Below are positions 9,678 to 16,955 of a DNA stretch of 33,324 nucleotides, one piece after another. The first letter of the stretch is position 1. Each line of letters starts with the position of its first letter. A program made the position numbers and the translations under genes. This stretch comes from a virus (Duplodnaviria > Caudoviricetes): the IMG/VR virus record IMGVR_UViG_3300017754_002371, positions 1-33,324 of that record. One strand, written 5' to 3'. The notes under the pieces are model-generated. The model did not search any database, was not told the DNA's origin, and saw nothing but the letters and a program-made list of their open reading frames with translations.

Positions 9678-9706
9678 ATGACCTAATAACTTAACTAACA
9701 TTGAAC
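9648..9706 (-). ncRNA. Predicted ~55-nt trans-acting sRNA antisense to early-gene start regions
   Basis: Promoter at 9740-9711 and terminator at 9677-9645 with no ORF between; 9681-9706 matches 15203-15226 at 23 of 26 columns. Confidence 0.55.
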
Positions 9707-9710
9707 GGGG

Positions 9711-9740
9711 CAAATATAGTAATTTATTTCAATCCAACAA
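9711..9740 (-). promoter_or_regulatory. Bacteroidota-type promoter for the predicted sRNA
   Basis: Minus strand TTG(9740-38)-N19-TATATTTG(9718-11). Confidence 0.6.
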
Positions 9741-10290
9741 CAAGCCATAAAATAAACATTGCCCCACCAACACACCACGCGGCTATCTTACCTCTTCTTT
9801 GTTGCTTTGTTTCTTGCTTGCTGATAGATAACAACGTACTATCAGTAACATTCTCCGCCTTGTAAGCAACTATTAAAGAATCCTTAATAGTACTTCCATC
9901 AGCACACAACTGAAACGCATTAAACAACGCTGCATAACTTGAATCTTTAACATTGATAATCTCATCACACAACACAAACACCGTGTCACAATCTTTTGGC
10001 AGCGTTGTACGCAACTTCTTAAGCAAAGCTATGTTAGTGTTGGTCAAAGATATTTCACATTGTCTAATCGAATCTTTTGCGTTGTTAGCAACTTGCAATC
10101 TTCGGTTAACTGATTCCAACTGATTCAACAATATTGCCTGCTCAATCCCAAACTGCTTCTTTATCATTTCCGCTTCGGTCTTATAATCAAATGGAATCGG
10201 CTTCGGTTTCTCCTTTGCGCAATGATTAAGCCCAATTATTAACAATAAGCATAGGACTGCAAAGGTTATAATTTGGTGGTGTGTTTTCAT
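9724..10290 (-). CDS. Spanin-like protein (N-terminal signal/TM ending in Cys, coiled coil, C-terminal TM)
   Basis: Likely start MKTHHQ at 10290; hydrophobic at both ends; same operon as endolysin and holin. Confidence 0.55.
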   Translation of the reverse strand: MKTHHQIITFAVLCLLLIIGLNHCAKEKPKPIPFDYKTEAEMIKKQFGIEQAILLNQLESVNRRLQVANNAKDSIRQCEISLTNTNIALLKKLRTTLPKDCDTVFVLCDEIINVKDSSYAALFNAFQLCADGSTIKDSLIVAYKAENVTDSTLLSISKQETKQQRRGKIAAWCVGGAMFILWLVVGLK

Positions 10291-10294
10291 ATTG

Positions 10295-10597
10295 TTATTG
10301 TTTATACCATTTATTAAGCCAATCAATAAACGCTTCTGGTGTATTGACATCAACTTTAGTGTTATCTTTAAGCGTTATTATTTTATCTACGTTATCATAA
10401 AGCCACCATTGCACATCATTAAGAACCTTTTCAAAGTCATTTTCATTTTCGGTAAACATTATAGAAATGCTTTCTTCAAGCAAATTAATACCGTTTTCAT
10501 AATCAAATAAATCTACACCCAAAGCCTTTAGCTTATCGTATGTTTCATGAATTTCTTTAATTCGTTTAAGTGTTCTTACTGCAAATTCTTTTTTCAT
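10295..10597 (-). CDS. Hypothetical protein
   Basis: 100-aa ORF with A-rich start region. Confidence 0.7.
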   Translation of the reverse strand: MKKEFAVRTLKRIKEIHETYDKLKALGVDLFDYENGINLLEESISIMFTENENDFEKVLNDVQWWLYDNVDKIITLKDNTKVDVNTPEAFIDWLNKWYKQ

Positions 10598-10612
10598 ATT
10601 ATATTGTTATTT

Positions 10613-10867
10613 TTAGCACCCATCACCATCAATAACCGCAGTTCTGGTAGGTGTTTCGGTTGTGAATTTGGTTAAGAATTTAGTATTAATCAGCAAGAAT
10701 GTTGCTGCCAAGCCACCCCAAAACGCTTGCTTTAAACTAATTAATCCTTGCGTTTCTGCGAGTGCTAAACTTGTTTGAATGAAAGGTAGCAAAACGTAAA
10801 TTAAATAGTCTGCAATCTTCTTTAACTGCTTGTTGTCGGGGCTTCTGTATTTTTGTTTTAGATTCAT
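10613..10867 (-). CDS. Probable holin
   Basis: Basic N-terminus plus two hydrophobic segments, between endolysin and spanin-like genes. Confidence 0.55.
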   Translation of the reverse strand: MNLKQKYRSPDNKQLKKIADYLIYVLLPFIQTSLALAETQGLISLKQAFWGGLAATFLLINTKFLTKFTTETPTRTAVIDGDGC

Positions 10868-10878
10868 ATTGTTTGTGT

Positions 10879-11088
10879 TTATTCGTTAGCTTCAACAATG
10901 TCAATAGTTATAAATGATTCTTTATCCAAGTAACGACCATTATTGTATTGATGTAAAAAAATAATTTGTTCTTCTTTTGTCATCTTTTTGCTAACTTTAA
11001 AAAATCCAGAGCCTAAAGTAGAATTGTTTTGTTTACTGGTTATTTTAAATCTATAACGAAAATTTGATTTTAATTCTTCTTGCATCAT
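10879..11088 (-). CDS. Hypothetical protein
   Basis: Packed ORF in the leftward operon. Confidence 0.6.
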   Translation of the reverse strand: MMQEELKSNFRYRFKITSKQNNSTLGSGFFKVSKKMTKEEQIIFLHQYNNGRYLDKESFITIDIVEANE

Positions 11089-11089
11089 T

Positions 11090-11275
11090 TCAATTAATTA
11101 TTTCCCATTCAAATTTACCCTTTAAATTCCATTCGACCAAAGGCATAATTAAATCGTGTTTATCCTTCCTACGAAAATAAACGTGGTCAATCTTGCGACC
11201 ACCGATAACAATGAAATCAATCTTAACAAAAGTAATTATTTCTTTGCCATTAGTGTAGCGTGTGTTGCGTGTCAT
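11090..11275 (-). CDS. Hypothetical protein
   Basis: ATGA overlap with the endolysin stop. Confidence 0.6.
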   Translation of the reverse strand: MTRNTRYTNGKEIITFVKIDFIVIGGRKIDHVYFRRKDKHDLIMPLVEWNLKGKFEWEIIN

Positions 11276-11694
11276 ACGATTGTCATTTTCCAGTTAGTAA
11301 GCTCCACGTGGGGTAGGTCTTTGAACGATTTAAAATTACCGCCCCAAGTCAACTTGTTAGATGCCGATTGCAACATCTCCCAAAATTCTTTAAAGTGCTT
11401 TGCGGAGTAGTCAAGTTCACGTTTGCCAACTTTCACAAAGGCTATGTCAAAGGCTCTGGAGGGGTAGTGGTTATGGGCTGACTGGCCCGCTCTTGCAAGT
11501 GATACTTTAGGCCTTTTACGATAATAAGCCTCCTGCATTGCATTGTTTCGATAAGTGCATACAATGATAACGTGAACATCATTATGAACAGAATTAAATT
11601 GCGCTTCTGCTTTCTTGTAAGCATTAGCAAGTGTTGGATGCAAATCCTCAATCAAACGTGATTCAAAGGGCTTTGTTTCATCTTTTGGTTTCAT
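11272..11694 (-). CDS. Endolysin, M15-family (L-Ala-D-Glu type) peptidase
   Basis: CTYR..Q, SAH-x6-D (SAHNHYPSRAFD), WGGNF and DLPHVE zinc-peptidase motifs. Confidence 0.9.
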   Translation of the reverse strand: MKPKDETKPFESRLIEDLHPTLANAYKKAEAQFNSVHNDVHVIIVCTYRNNAMQEAYYRKRPKVSLARAGQSAHNHYPSRAFDIAFVKVGKRELDYSAKHFKEFWEMLQSASNKLTWGGNFKSFKDLPHVELTNWKMTIV

Positions 11695-11911
11695 AGGTTG
11701 TCTTGTTTTTAAATTTTTCGTTGTAGTAATGTTCTGCTGTTAAATATCTATCGTCATCTAAATAATCATTTGTAAATTTTATTATCTGCTCCTTTTCCAT
11801 TGCTTTGGCTTGTTGGATTATATCTCTAATCATATCCCATTTGTGCATTGGAATAAAATCTATTTTTTCGTTTAATTGCTCAACCAACCATTCTACTGCG
11901 GTTTGTTTCAT
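11678..11911 (-). CDS. Small 'KQTAVEWL...AKxMEKEQI' phage protein
   Basis: Likely start MKQTAVEWL at 11911 after AAACAAAACAAT; paralog of the upstream gene. Confidence 0.7.
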   Translation of the reverse strand: MKQTAVEWLVEQLNEKIDFIPMHKWDMIRDIIQQAKAMEKEQIIKFTNDYLDDDRYLTAEHYYNEKFKNKTTYETKR

Positions 11912-11969
11912 ATTGTTTTGTTTATTACAATAGCATTCGTGTATGTCATTAGAGCCATAACACGCACAA

Positions 11970-12161
11970 CTATTTATTAAAATTTTGTTCATAATATTCC
12001 TGCGCATTGTACTGTTTCGGCATTATAGCCCTTGAATAGCCAACGTGATAGGCATTTATAATGTTTTGCTTTTCGATTTCTTTGGCTAACTTCAGCAACT
12101 TATCATTAATTTCTATTTCGTTTGCCAACCAGTCAACTGCGCTTATTTGTTTTGTGGGCAT
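11970..12161 (-). CDS. Paralog of the KQTAVEWL-type protein
   Basis: KQISAVDWL...AKEIEKQNII...AQEYYEQNF versus KQTAVEWL...AKAMEKEQII...AEHYYNEKF. Confidence 0.7.
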   Translation of the reverse strand: MPTKQISAVDWLANEIEINDKLLKLAKEIEKQNIINAYHVGYSRAIMPKQYNAQEYYEQNFNK

Positions 12162-12244
12162 CGTGTTGTGCGTTTAAATTGTTTATACTCGGTGGTATGG
12201 CAACTATTGAATAGTAACCAAAACATTATAATTAAGATACGCAT
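12143..12244 (-). CDS. Predicted small lipoprotein MRILIIMFWLLFNSCHTTEYKQFKRTTRCPQNK (not in ORF track)
   Basis: Signal-peptide-II-like N-terminus ending FNS-C; bridges the gap by overlapping both neighbours. Confidence 0.55.
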   Translation of the reverse strand: MRILIIMFWLLFNSCHTTEYKQFKRTTRCPQNK

Positions 12245-12648
12245 AAGTTTATTATCTCAATATCAATAGGCACTTCAACACCCCTCACACCATCTTTCTC
12301 GGCATAGGGATAAAGTTGGTAACCAATCGGAAATGAACGCTTCGGTGCTACTCTAAAAGCATAACCATCGTTAGCTTTGCATTCTATGTAGTAACCCCAT
12401 TGCAACGCAACCTTCACAAGTTCACCGATTTGGTATCTGCCAATCCGTTGAATGATTCTTTGCCCTTTAATATACGCATAGAAATATAGCACAATGTAGG
12501 TATCTTCTTTGCGAATGCCTAAACGGATGCTATTCCAATGATGCCAACCACGTGAAAATCCGATGACCTTTTGCACCCCATCGGACTTGTCGATGTCAGG
12601 TACGATGAACTCGCAGGTTAACTTGGTTGGTTTGTAGAGCAGTTTCAT
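12232..12648 (-). CDS. Hypothetical beta-rich, aromatic-rich protein
   Basis: Likely start MKLLYKP at 12648 (ATGA overlap); KVIGFSRGWHHWNSIRLG and GYQLYPY segments. Confidence 0.6.
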   Translation of the reverse strand: MKLLYKPTKLTCEFIVPDIDKSDGVQKVIGFSRGWHHWNSIRLGIRKEDTYIVLYFYAYIKGQRIIQRIGRYQIGELVKVALQWGYYIECKANDGYAFRVAPKRSFPIGYQLYPYAEKDGVRGVEVPIDIEIINLCVS

Positions 12649-12836
12649 TTTTTCAACCATTGTTGCATAAACCCTGCACCACATACAGCACTTGTTAGTG
12701 AGGCGCAAAAGGATAAAGTAAAGGTTAAATGGTCAGAGTTTCCATTTTCTGCGCCAGTCATTGCGAATGATACTGCCCAAAAGGACATAAAAAGGGCTGA
12801 TACTGCCCATAATATAAGTGATGCTTTTGTTTTCAT
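12645..12836 (-). CDS. Two-TM membrane protein
   Basis: Two hydrophobic helices with a short loop. Confidence 0.65.
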   Translation of the reverse strand: MKTKASLILWAVSALFMSFWAVSFAMTGAENGNSDHLTFTLSFCASLTSAVCGAGFMQQWLKK

Positions 12837-12839
12837 ATT

Positions 12840-13007
12840 TTAAAAATTATCTGGATTTAATTCTTCATTCAAAAGTTGTTCTAATTTCGGACTTAAATGA
12901 ATAGGTTTGTCACCATTCGTAATATCCGTTAATACCCAACCGCCACGAATTCCGCTTTCTCTATCTGTTTCTTCGTAATCCCAATGTAATGTTAGTGTTG
13001 TTTCCAT
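12840..13007 (-). CDS. Small acidic protein, first gene of the leftward operon (55 aa; not in ORF track)
   Basis: METTLTLHWDYEETDRESG...NPDNF, directly downstream of the leftward promoter. Confidence 0.65.
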   Translation of the reverse strand: METTLTLHWDYEETDRESGIRGGWVLTDITNGDKPIHLSPKLEQLLNEELNPDNF

Positions 13008-13029
13008 AGTTATTTAGTTTAAATTTTGG

Positions 13030-13060
13030 CAAATATAAAAATAAAATAATTAAATACAAA
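13030..13060 (-). promoter_or_regulatory. Leftward Bacteroidota consensus promoter
   Basis: Minus strand TTTG(13060-57)-N19-TATATTTG(13037-30). Confidence 0.8.
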
Positions 13061-13061
13061 T

Positions 13062-13092
13062 TTTGTTTTAATAAAAATTTATAGTAGGTTTG
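13062..13092 (+). promoter_or_regulatory. Rightward Bacteroidota consensus promoter
   Basis: TTTG(13062-65)-N19-TAGGTTTG(13085-92). Confidence 0.8.
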
Positions 13093-13119
13093 CGGTCTAA
13101 TCTAAAAAACACAAACACA

Positions 13120-13323
13120 ATGATACAAGGAATAAAAAGTAAATTTTATACAGATGTAAAAACTCCAATTATAGCAGGAATGCAATTTTGCTATAATAAA
13201 GGAGAAACAAAAAATAACAAGTGCAAACAAATTGGTTATGATTTAGTTAGAATATATTTTGACACAATAGAAAAAGATTTTACAATTGGTCAAGAAAGAA
13301 TTAAAAGAATATTCAATAATTAA
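13120..13323 (+). CDS. Hypothetical early protein
   Basis: ATG at 13120 after an A/C-rich leader; the track's TTG start lies inside the promoter. Confidence 0.6.
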   Translation: MIQGIKSKFYTDVKTPIIAGMQFCYNKGETKNNKCKQIGYDLVRIYFDTIEKDFTIGQERIKRIFNN

Positions 13324-13367
13324 AATCAAACACTACACATTTATAATCTAAAAACACAACTAACAAA

Positions 13368-13529
13368 ATGAAAGCACTAATCCAAAAACTATTATTCGGT
13401 TACCGAAACAACCCAGAAGCCTACATACCTAAAGGAGGCGCAAAACTTACTTATAAAGGTGGCAACGCTGAAGCCATACATTCAGCATTAGTATTAATGC
13501 AATACAATATACGAAATGCAAAAAACTAA
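13368..13529 (+). CDS. Hypothetical early protein (53 aa; not in ORF track)
   Basis: MKALIQKLLFGYRNNPEAY...AKN preceded by AACTAACAAA. Confidence 0.65.
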   Translation: MKALIQKLLFGYRNNPEAYIPKGGAKLTYKGGNAEAIHSALVLMQYNIRNAKN

Positions 13530-13881
13530 AAAGAAACGCAAATTAGGCAGGGCAATATGTGATAGTTACATTCACGTTCCGAAGCCTGCAACAATAACGC
13601 AACAACATTGGGATGTGTGGCTCAAGTATAATAGTGGTCTTACATCGGTTGAATGCGCTATGGTTTTTGGAATTAAAGTACACGAAATCACAAGTATAAT
13701 TTCGGGCATAGTAGAACGATTAAAAAACAAATCCAAAATTGCTGAAGACTGGAGCGAAGATTTCGCAACTGTGCAGGCTGCTATGGAATTCAAACAACGT
13801 ATTGCTAATAACATTTATATGGCTATGCGAAAAGCAAAAAAAGAAAATACAAATCAAATATTAATAATGTCTGAACTATGA
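13516..13881 (+). CDS. Sigma70 region-4/LuxR-like HTH DNA-binding protein
   Basis: ITQQHWDVWLKYNSGLTSVECAMVFGIKVHEITSIISGIVERLK fits the region-4 HTH pattern. Confidence 0.55.
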   Translation: MQKTKKKRKLGRAICDSYIHVPKPATITQQHWDVWLKYNSGLTSVECAMVFGIKVHEITSIISGIVERLKNKSKIAEDWSEDFATVQAAMEFKQRIANNIYMAMRKAKKENTNQILIMSEL

Positions 13882-14438
13882 AAACTTGCAGCAAATGTAA
13901 ATGCGAAAAGCAACTAACTGAATTTTGTAAAGACAATAGTGTTAAGTCGGGATTACGTTCGTATTGTAAAAGTTGTAATTATTTAATGCAAAGAATTTGG
14001 ATTGAAAAAAATAAACACAAGGTCAAAGAGTACAATGAAAGGTCAAGACCAAAAGTATCTGCTAAAAAAAAAGCAATTCAATTAACAAAACAAATTGAAA
14101 ACAAATGTATTAAATGCAATTGCTCATTAATAGGTAGACAGTTATTGTCAAAGTATTGTTTTGATTGTAAAGTAGAAATAAAAAAAGTTTGGCGAAATGA
14201 AAACCACAAAAGAAATATTCATACTGCAAAAAATTACTTTCAAAAAAACAAAACTGAAATTAATAATAAGACACGCTTATTGGAAGCTAACAGAAGAGAA
14301 AATGTAACTGATAGATATGTGTCAAAATTATTGAGAGAAAAAAACGGATTTACAATTGAGCAATTAAAAAATAATCCATCATTATTAGAAATTAAAAGAT
14401 TAATCATAAAAACAAAAAGAATATGCAAAACATCGTAG
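13878..14438 (+). CDS. Basic Zn-finger protein (four CxxC pairs), similar to N-termini of phage HNH proteins but with no visible HNH core
   Basis: KTCSKC...YCKSC and KCIKC...YCFDC. Confidence 0.6.
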   Translation: MKTCSKCKCEKQLTEFCKDNSVKSGLRSYCKSCNYLMQRIWIEKNKHKVKEYNERSRPKVSAKKKAIQLTKQIENKCIKCNCSLIGRQLLSKYCFDCKVEIKKVWRNENHKRNIHTAKNYFQKNKTEINNKTRLLEANRRENVTDRYVSKLLREKNGFTIEQLKNNPSLLEIKRLIIKTKRICKTS

Positions 14439-14626
14439 AATTAAGAAATAGCTTAAGTGATAATTACACTAAAATGAAAGCAGGAAAAATGGGTTTAAAT
14501 GTAGGCAAGGAATTAGCCAATACTGCTGGTAAAATTATTAACTCATTAAAAGTTGAATTAGAATATAATTCAATGATGGACATTAAGAAAAAAATAGATT
14601 ATTTAGATACCGAAACAAAGAAATAA
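14423..14626 (+). CDS. Small helical hypothetical protein
   Basis: Overlaps the Zn-finger gene; ELANTAGKIINSLKVELEY helix. Confidence 0.65.
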   Translation: MQNIVELRNSLSDNYTKMKAGKMGLNVGKELANTAGKIINSLKVELEYNSMMDIKKKIDYLDTETKK

Positions 14627-14627
14627 T

Positions 14628-14873
14628 ATGAAACAAACAAAACCAACAGAAAAACAACTACAAGAAATTTACGATGCTATCAAGCAAATTAACCTTGAAA
14701 GAGTGCAAACCTATGGAAGAAATGCAGGTAAAGGCGCATTCGTGACCATTGGTGAAAAGTGCTTTATGACCCAAGAACAAGTCAAAAACATCCTGCGAAA
14801 TCGTGTGGCAAACTGGAAGCCACAACATTTTAAGGTCTATAATCTTGCAAAGAGATATGTTAAAATATGTTAA
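14628..14873 (+). CDS. Possible Cro-like HTH protein
   Basis: Basic 81 aa; AFVTIGEKCFMTQEQVKNILRNR resembles an HTH. Confidence 0.45.
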   Translation: MKQTKPTEKQLQEIYDAIKQINLERVQTYGRNAGKGAFVTIGEKCFMTQEQVKNILRNRVANWKPQHFKVYNLAKRYVKIC

Positions 14874-14887
14874 AAGGTTAAAATAAA

Positions 14888-14918
14888 TTTGTAGGTTAAA
14901 AAAGTAGATGTACATTTG
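14888..14918 (+). promoter_or_regulatory. Bacteroidota consensus promoter for the recombination operon
   Basis: Intergenic TTTG-N19-TACATTTG. Confidence 0.8.
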
Positions 14919-14959
14919 CACTCAACAAATAACAATTACTAATTTTAAAAACTAACAAA

Positions 14960-15196
14960 ATGAACACAACACAATTAACAAAAAAAGTATCTTTCAGTTT
15001 CTCTGGTTACGGACACAACAAAGTAACCATCACATTCAGAGGTAAGCAATATTCTTGCACATCAACTAACACCAGCGCAACTGATAGGATTTCTGATGAC
15101 AATGATGGTATCAATCACGATACATATTACAAGACCAAGAAACAAGCATTTATGAGTCTTTACAACGAGTGCAAGAGAGCAAATAATTTAAGATAA
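14960..15196 (+). CDS. Hypothetical early protein
   Basis: First ORF after the promoter; AACTAACAAA-ATG start. Confidence 0.7.
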   Translation: MNTTQLTKKVSFSFSGYGHNKVTITFRGKQYSCTSTNTSATDRISDDNDGINHDTYYKTKKQAFMSLYNECKRANNLR

Positions 15197-15220
15197 TTAC
15201 AAACCTAATAACAACTAACA

Positions 15221-15511
15221 ATGAACTCGATTAACGTGATTACAAAAGTATCAACGCTAACAACTTGGCAAATTGAAAATTCAAAGGAACGCATCGAATA
15301 CGAATCAGACAATGAAACTTTTTACGTATGGAATAAAGACAACGAAATAACTGCTTCAATCGAACTTAAAGATGCATTCTGGACAATGCAATTATGTGAC
15401 CTTGCAGTATCTAATGACAAACACGAAATTAACTTACAATTCAACGATTACATTCCGCACACCTCATTCTTATCAATGGTATTAACCGATTTTTTACACA
15501 AAAACAAATAA
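15221..15511 (+). CDS. Hypothetical acidic early protein (best predicted sRNA target)
   Basis: 96-aa ORF; start region ACCTAATAACAACTAACAATGAAC. Confidence 0.7.
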   Translation: MNSINVITKVSTLTTWQIENSKERIEYESDNETFYVWNKDNEITASIELKDAFWTMQLCDLAVSNDKHEINLQFNDYIPHTSFLSMVLTDFLHKNK

Positions 15512-15521
15512 ACAAACAATT

Positions 15522-15845
15522 ATGACAATCAAAGGCACAATTAAGCGCATAGGCGCAACAGTATCAGTAAGTGATGGTAAATTCTCAAAGAGAGAAATAA
15601 TACTAACCACAAATGACCAGTATCCACAAATCGTATCAATTGAATTACAACAGAAAGCCTGCTCAATAGCAGATTCGCTTTCAGTAGGTCAAGACATTGA
15701 GGCTTACATTAACATTAGAGGTCGTGAGTGGACAAGCCCACAAGGTGAAGTTAAGGTTTTCAATACGATTGCTTGCTGGAAAGTGGATGCGAATCCGTTC
15801 ACCGAAGCAGCACCAGAACCGATTTCAAACGATGACTTATTTTAA
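15522..15845 (+). CDS. DUF3127-family protein (SSB-like OB fold)
   Basis: FSKRE..., DQYPQ, INIRGREW, FNTIACWK and acidic DDLF tail. Confidence 0.85.
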   Translation: MTIKGTIKRIGATVSVSDGKFSKREIILTTNDQYPQIVSIELQQKACSIADSLSVGQDIEAYINIRGREWTSPQGEVKVFNTIACWKVDANPFTEAAPEPISNDDLF

Positions 15846-15865
15846 ATCTTAATACATAACTAACA

Positions 15866-16330
15866 ATGGAACAAAAAACACATTTTAAAAAATTACGCAA
15901 CCCAAATTATATCGGTGGGTGGGACTTAACAGATGCCGATAAAACAGTTACAATAACCAAAGTGGATAAAGAAAAAGTCCACGATGGCAAAGGTGGAGAA
16001 TCCGAATGCTGCATAGTGCATTTTGCCGAATGCAAACCGATGGTGGCTAACGCTACCAACTTAAAGCGCATATCGAAGCTATTAGGTAGCCCATTTATTG
16101 AAGACTGGACTAACAAACAAATAGTATTAACAACCGAAAAGGTTAGAGCATTTGGTGAGATGCACGATGCGGTTAGAGTGTCAACTAAACCAGTTACTAA
16201 ACCGACATTAAGCGGTGAAGCAATCGAAAAGGCCAAAGCGGCTATTGCTGCGGGATCAGTTACAATTGATGCAATAAAGAAAAAATATAATGTTACTAAC
16301 GAGGTGGAGGCTCAATTGACAAATGGATAA
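15866..16330 (+). CDS. Putative ssDNA-binding/annealing partner of the exonuclease
   Basis: KTHFKKL.NPNYIG, NATN and IEDW motifs; between SSB-like and exonuclease genes. Confidence 0.5.
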   Translation: MEQKTHFKKLRNPNYIGGWDLTDADKTVTITKVDKEKVHDGKGGESECCIVHFAECKPMVANATNLKRISKLLGSPFIEDWTNKQIVLTTEKVRAFGEMHDAVRVSTKPVTKPTLSGEAIEKAKAAIAAGSVTIDAIKKKYNVTNEVEAQLTNG

Positions 16331-16946
16331 GATATTCAGAATACATTGCTCACAGATAGGTAAAATAATGAGCAACGCAAAAACTAAAGGCGAACTTTCA
16401 GCAACCTGCAAAACATTCTTAATGGAATGGTATGCCAATGACCGCGAGCAAATACATTCAAAGTACATTATGAAAGGTAACTTGGTTGAGATTGACCTTA
16501 TAGACTTTATGGCCGAACAAATCGGTTTGGGGATGGCCGAAAAGAACGAAGTAACTGTGCATAATGAATGGATGGTTGGCACTTGCGATGTGCTAACAAA
16601 TCATTTAATCGTCGATGTTAAGGCTGCTTGGTCACGCAAAACACTACAGCAACAAGCTATCGATGGAATGAATCCTGACTATGAGTGGCAAGGTCGTGGT
16701 TACATGGCGCTTTGGGAGCGACCAACGTTTATAGTTTTTCATGGCCTTATGAATACACCAGAGGAGGCGAACTATGATGGCGAGGTTGTGTATGATGACT
16801 TGCCAGCTAACGAACGTTGGGTGGCTTATCAGGTGCAACGTGATGTAACTATTGAACAGTTAATTATTCAGCGCGTCATTCAATGTCGCGAATGGCTTGA
16901 GGAATATGATAAAAAAATAGTTGCGAGTTTAGGTAAGATTCATTAA
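16323..16946 (+). CDS. Lambda-exonuclease/YqaJ-like PD-(D/E)XK nuclease
   Basis: CSQIG, KGNLVE, GTCD, VDVK and YEWQGRGYM motifs. Confidence 0.8.
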   Translation: MDKIFRIHCSQIGKIMSNAKTKGELSATCKTFLMEWYANDREQIHSKYIMKGNLVEIDLIDFMAEQIGLGMAEKNEVTVHNEWMVGTCDVLTNHLIVDVKAAWSRKTLQQQAIDGMNPDYEWQGRGYMALWERPTFIVFHGLMNTPEEANYDGEVVYDDLPANERWVAYQVQRDVTIEQLIIQRVIQCREWLEEYDKKIVASLGKIH

Positions 16947-16951
16947 GTTTG
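16921..16951 (+). promoter_or_regulatory. Bacteroidota-type promoter ahead of the structured leader
   Basis: TTG(16921-23)-N20-TAAGTTTG(16944-51). Confidence 0.6.
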
Positions 16952-16955
16952 CATC

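Noticed and set aside
9724-13007. Invertible segment explaining the opposite-strand block
   Set aside because: No flanking inverted repeats or recombinase seen; the block has its own promoter and terminator.
13878-14438. HNH homing endonuclease
   Set aside because: Only the CxxC zinc-finger portion is visible; no HNH catalytic motif found.
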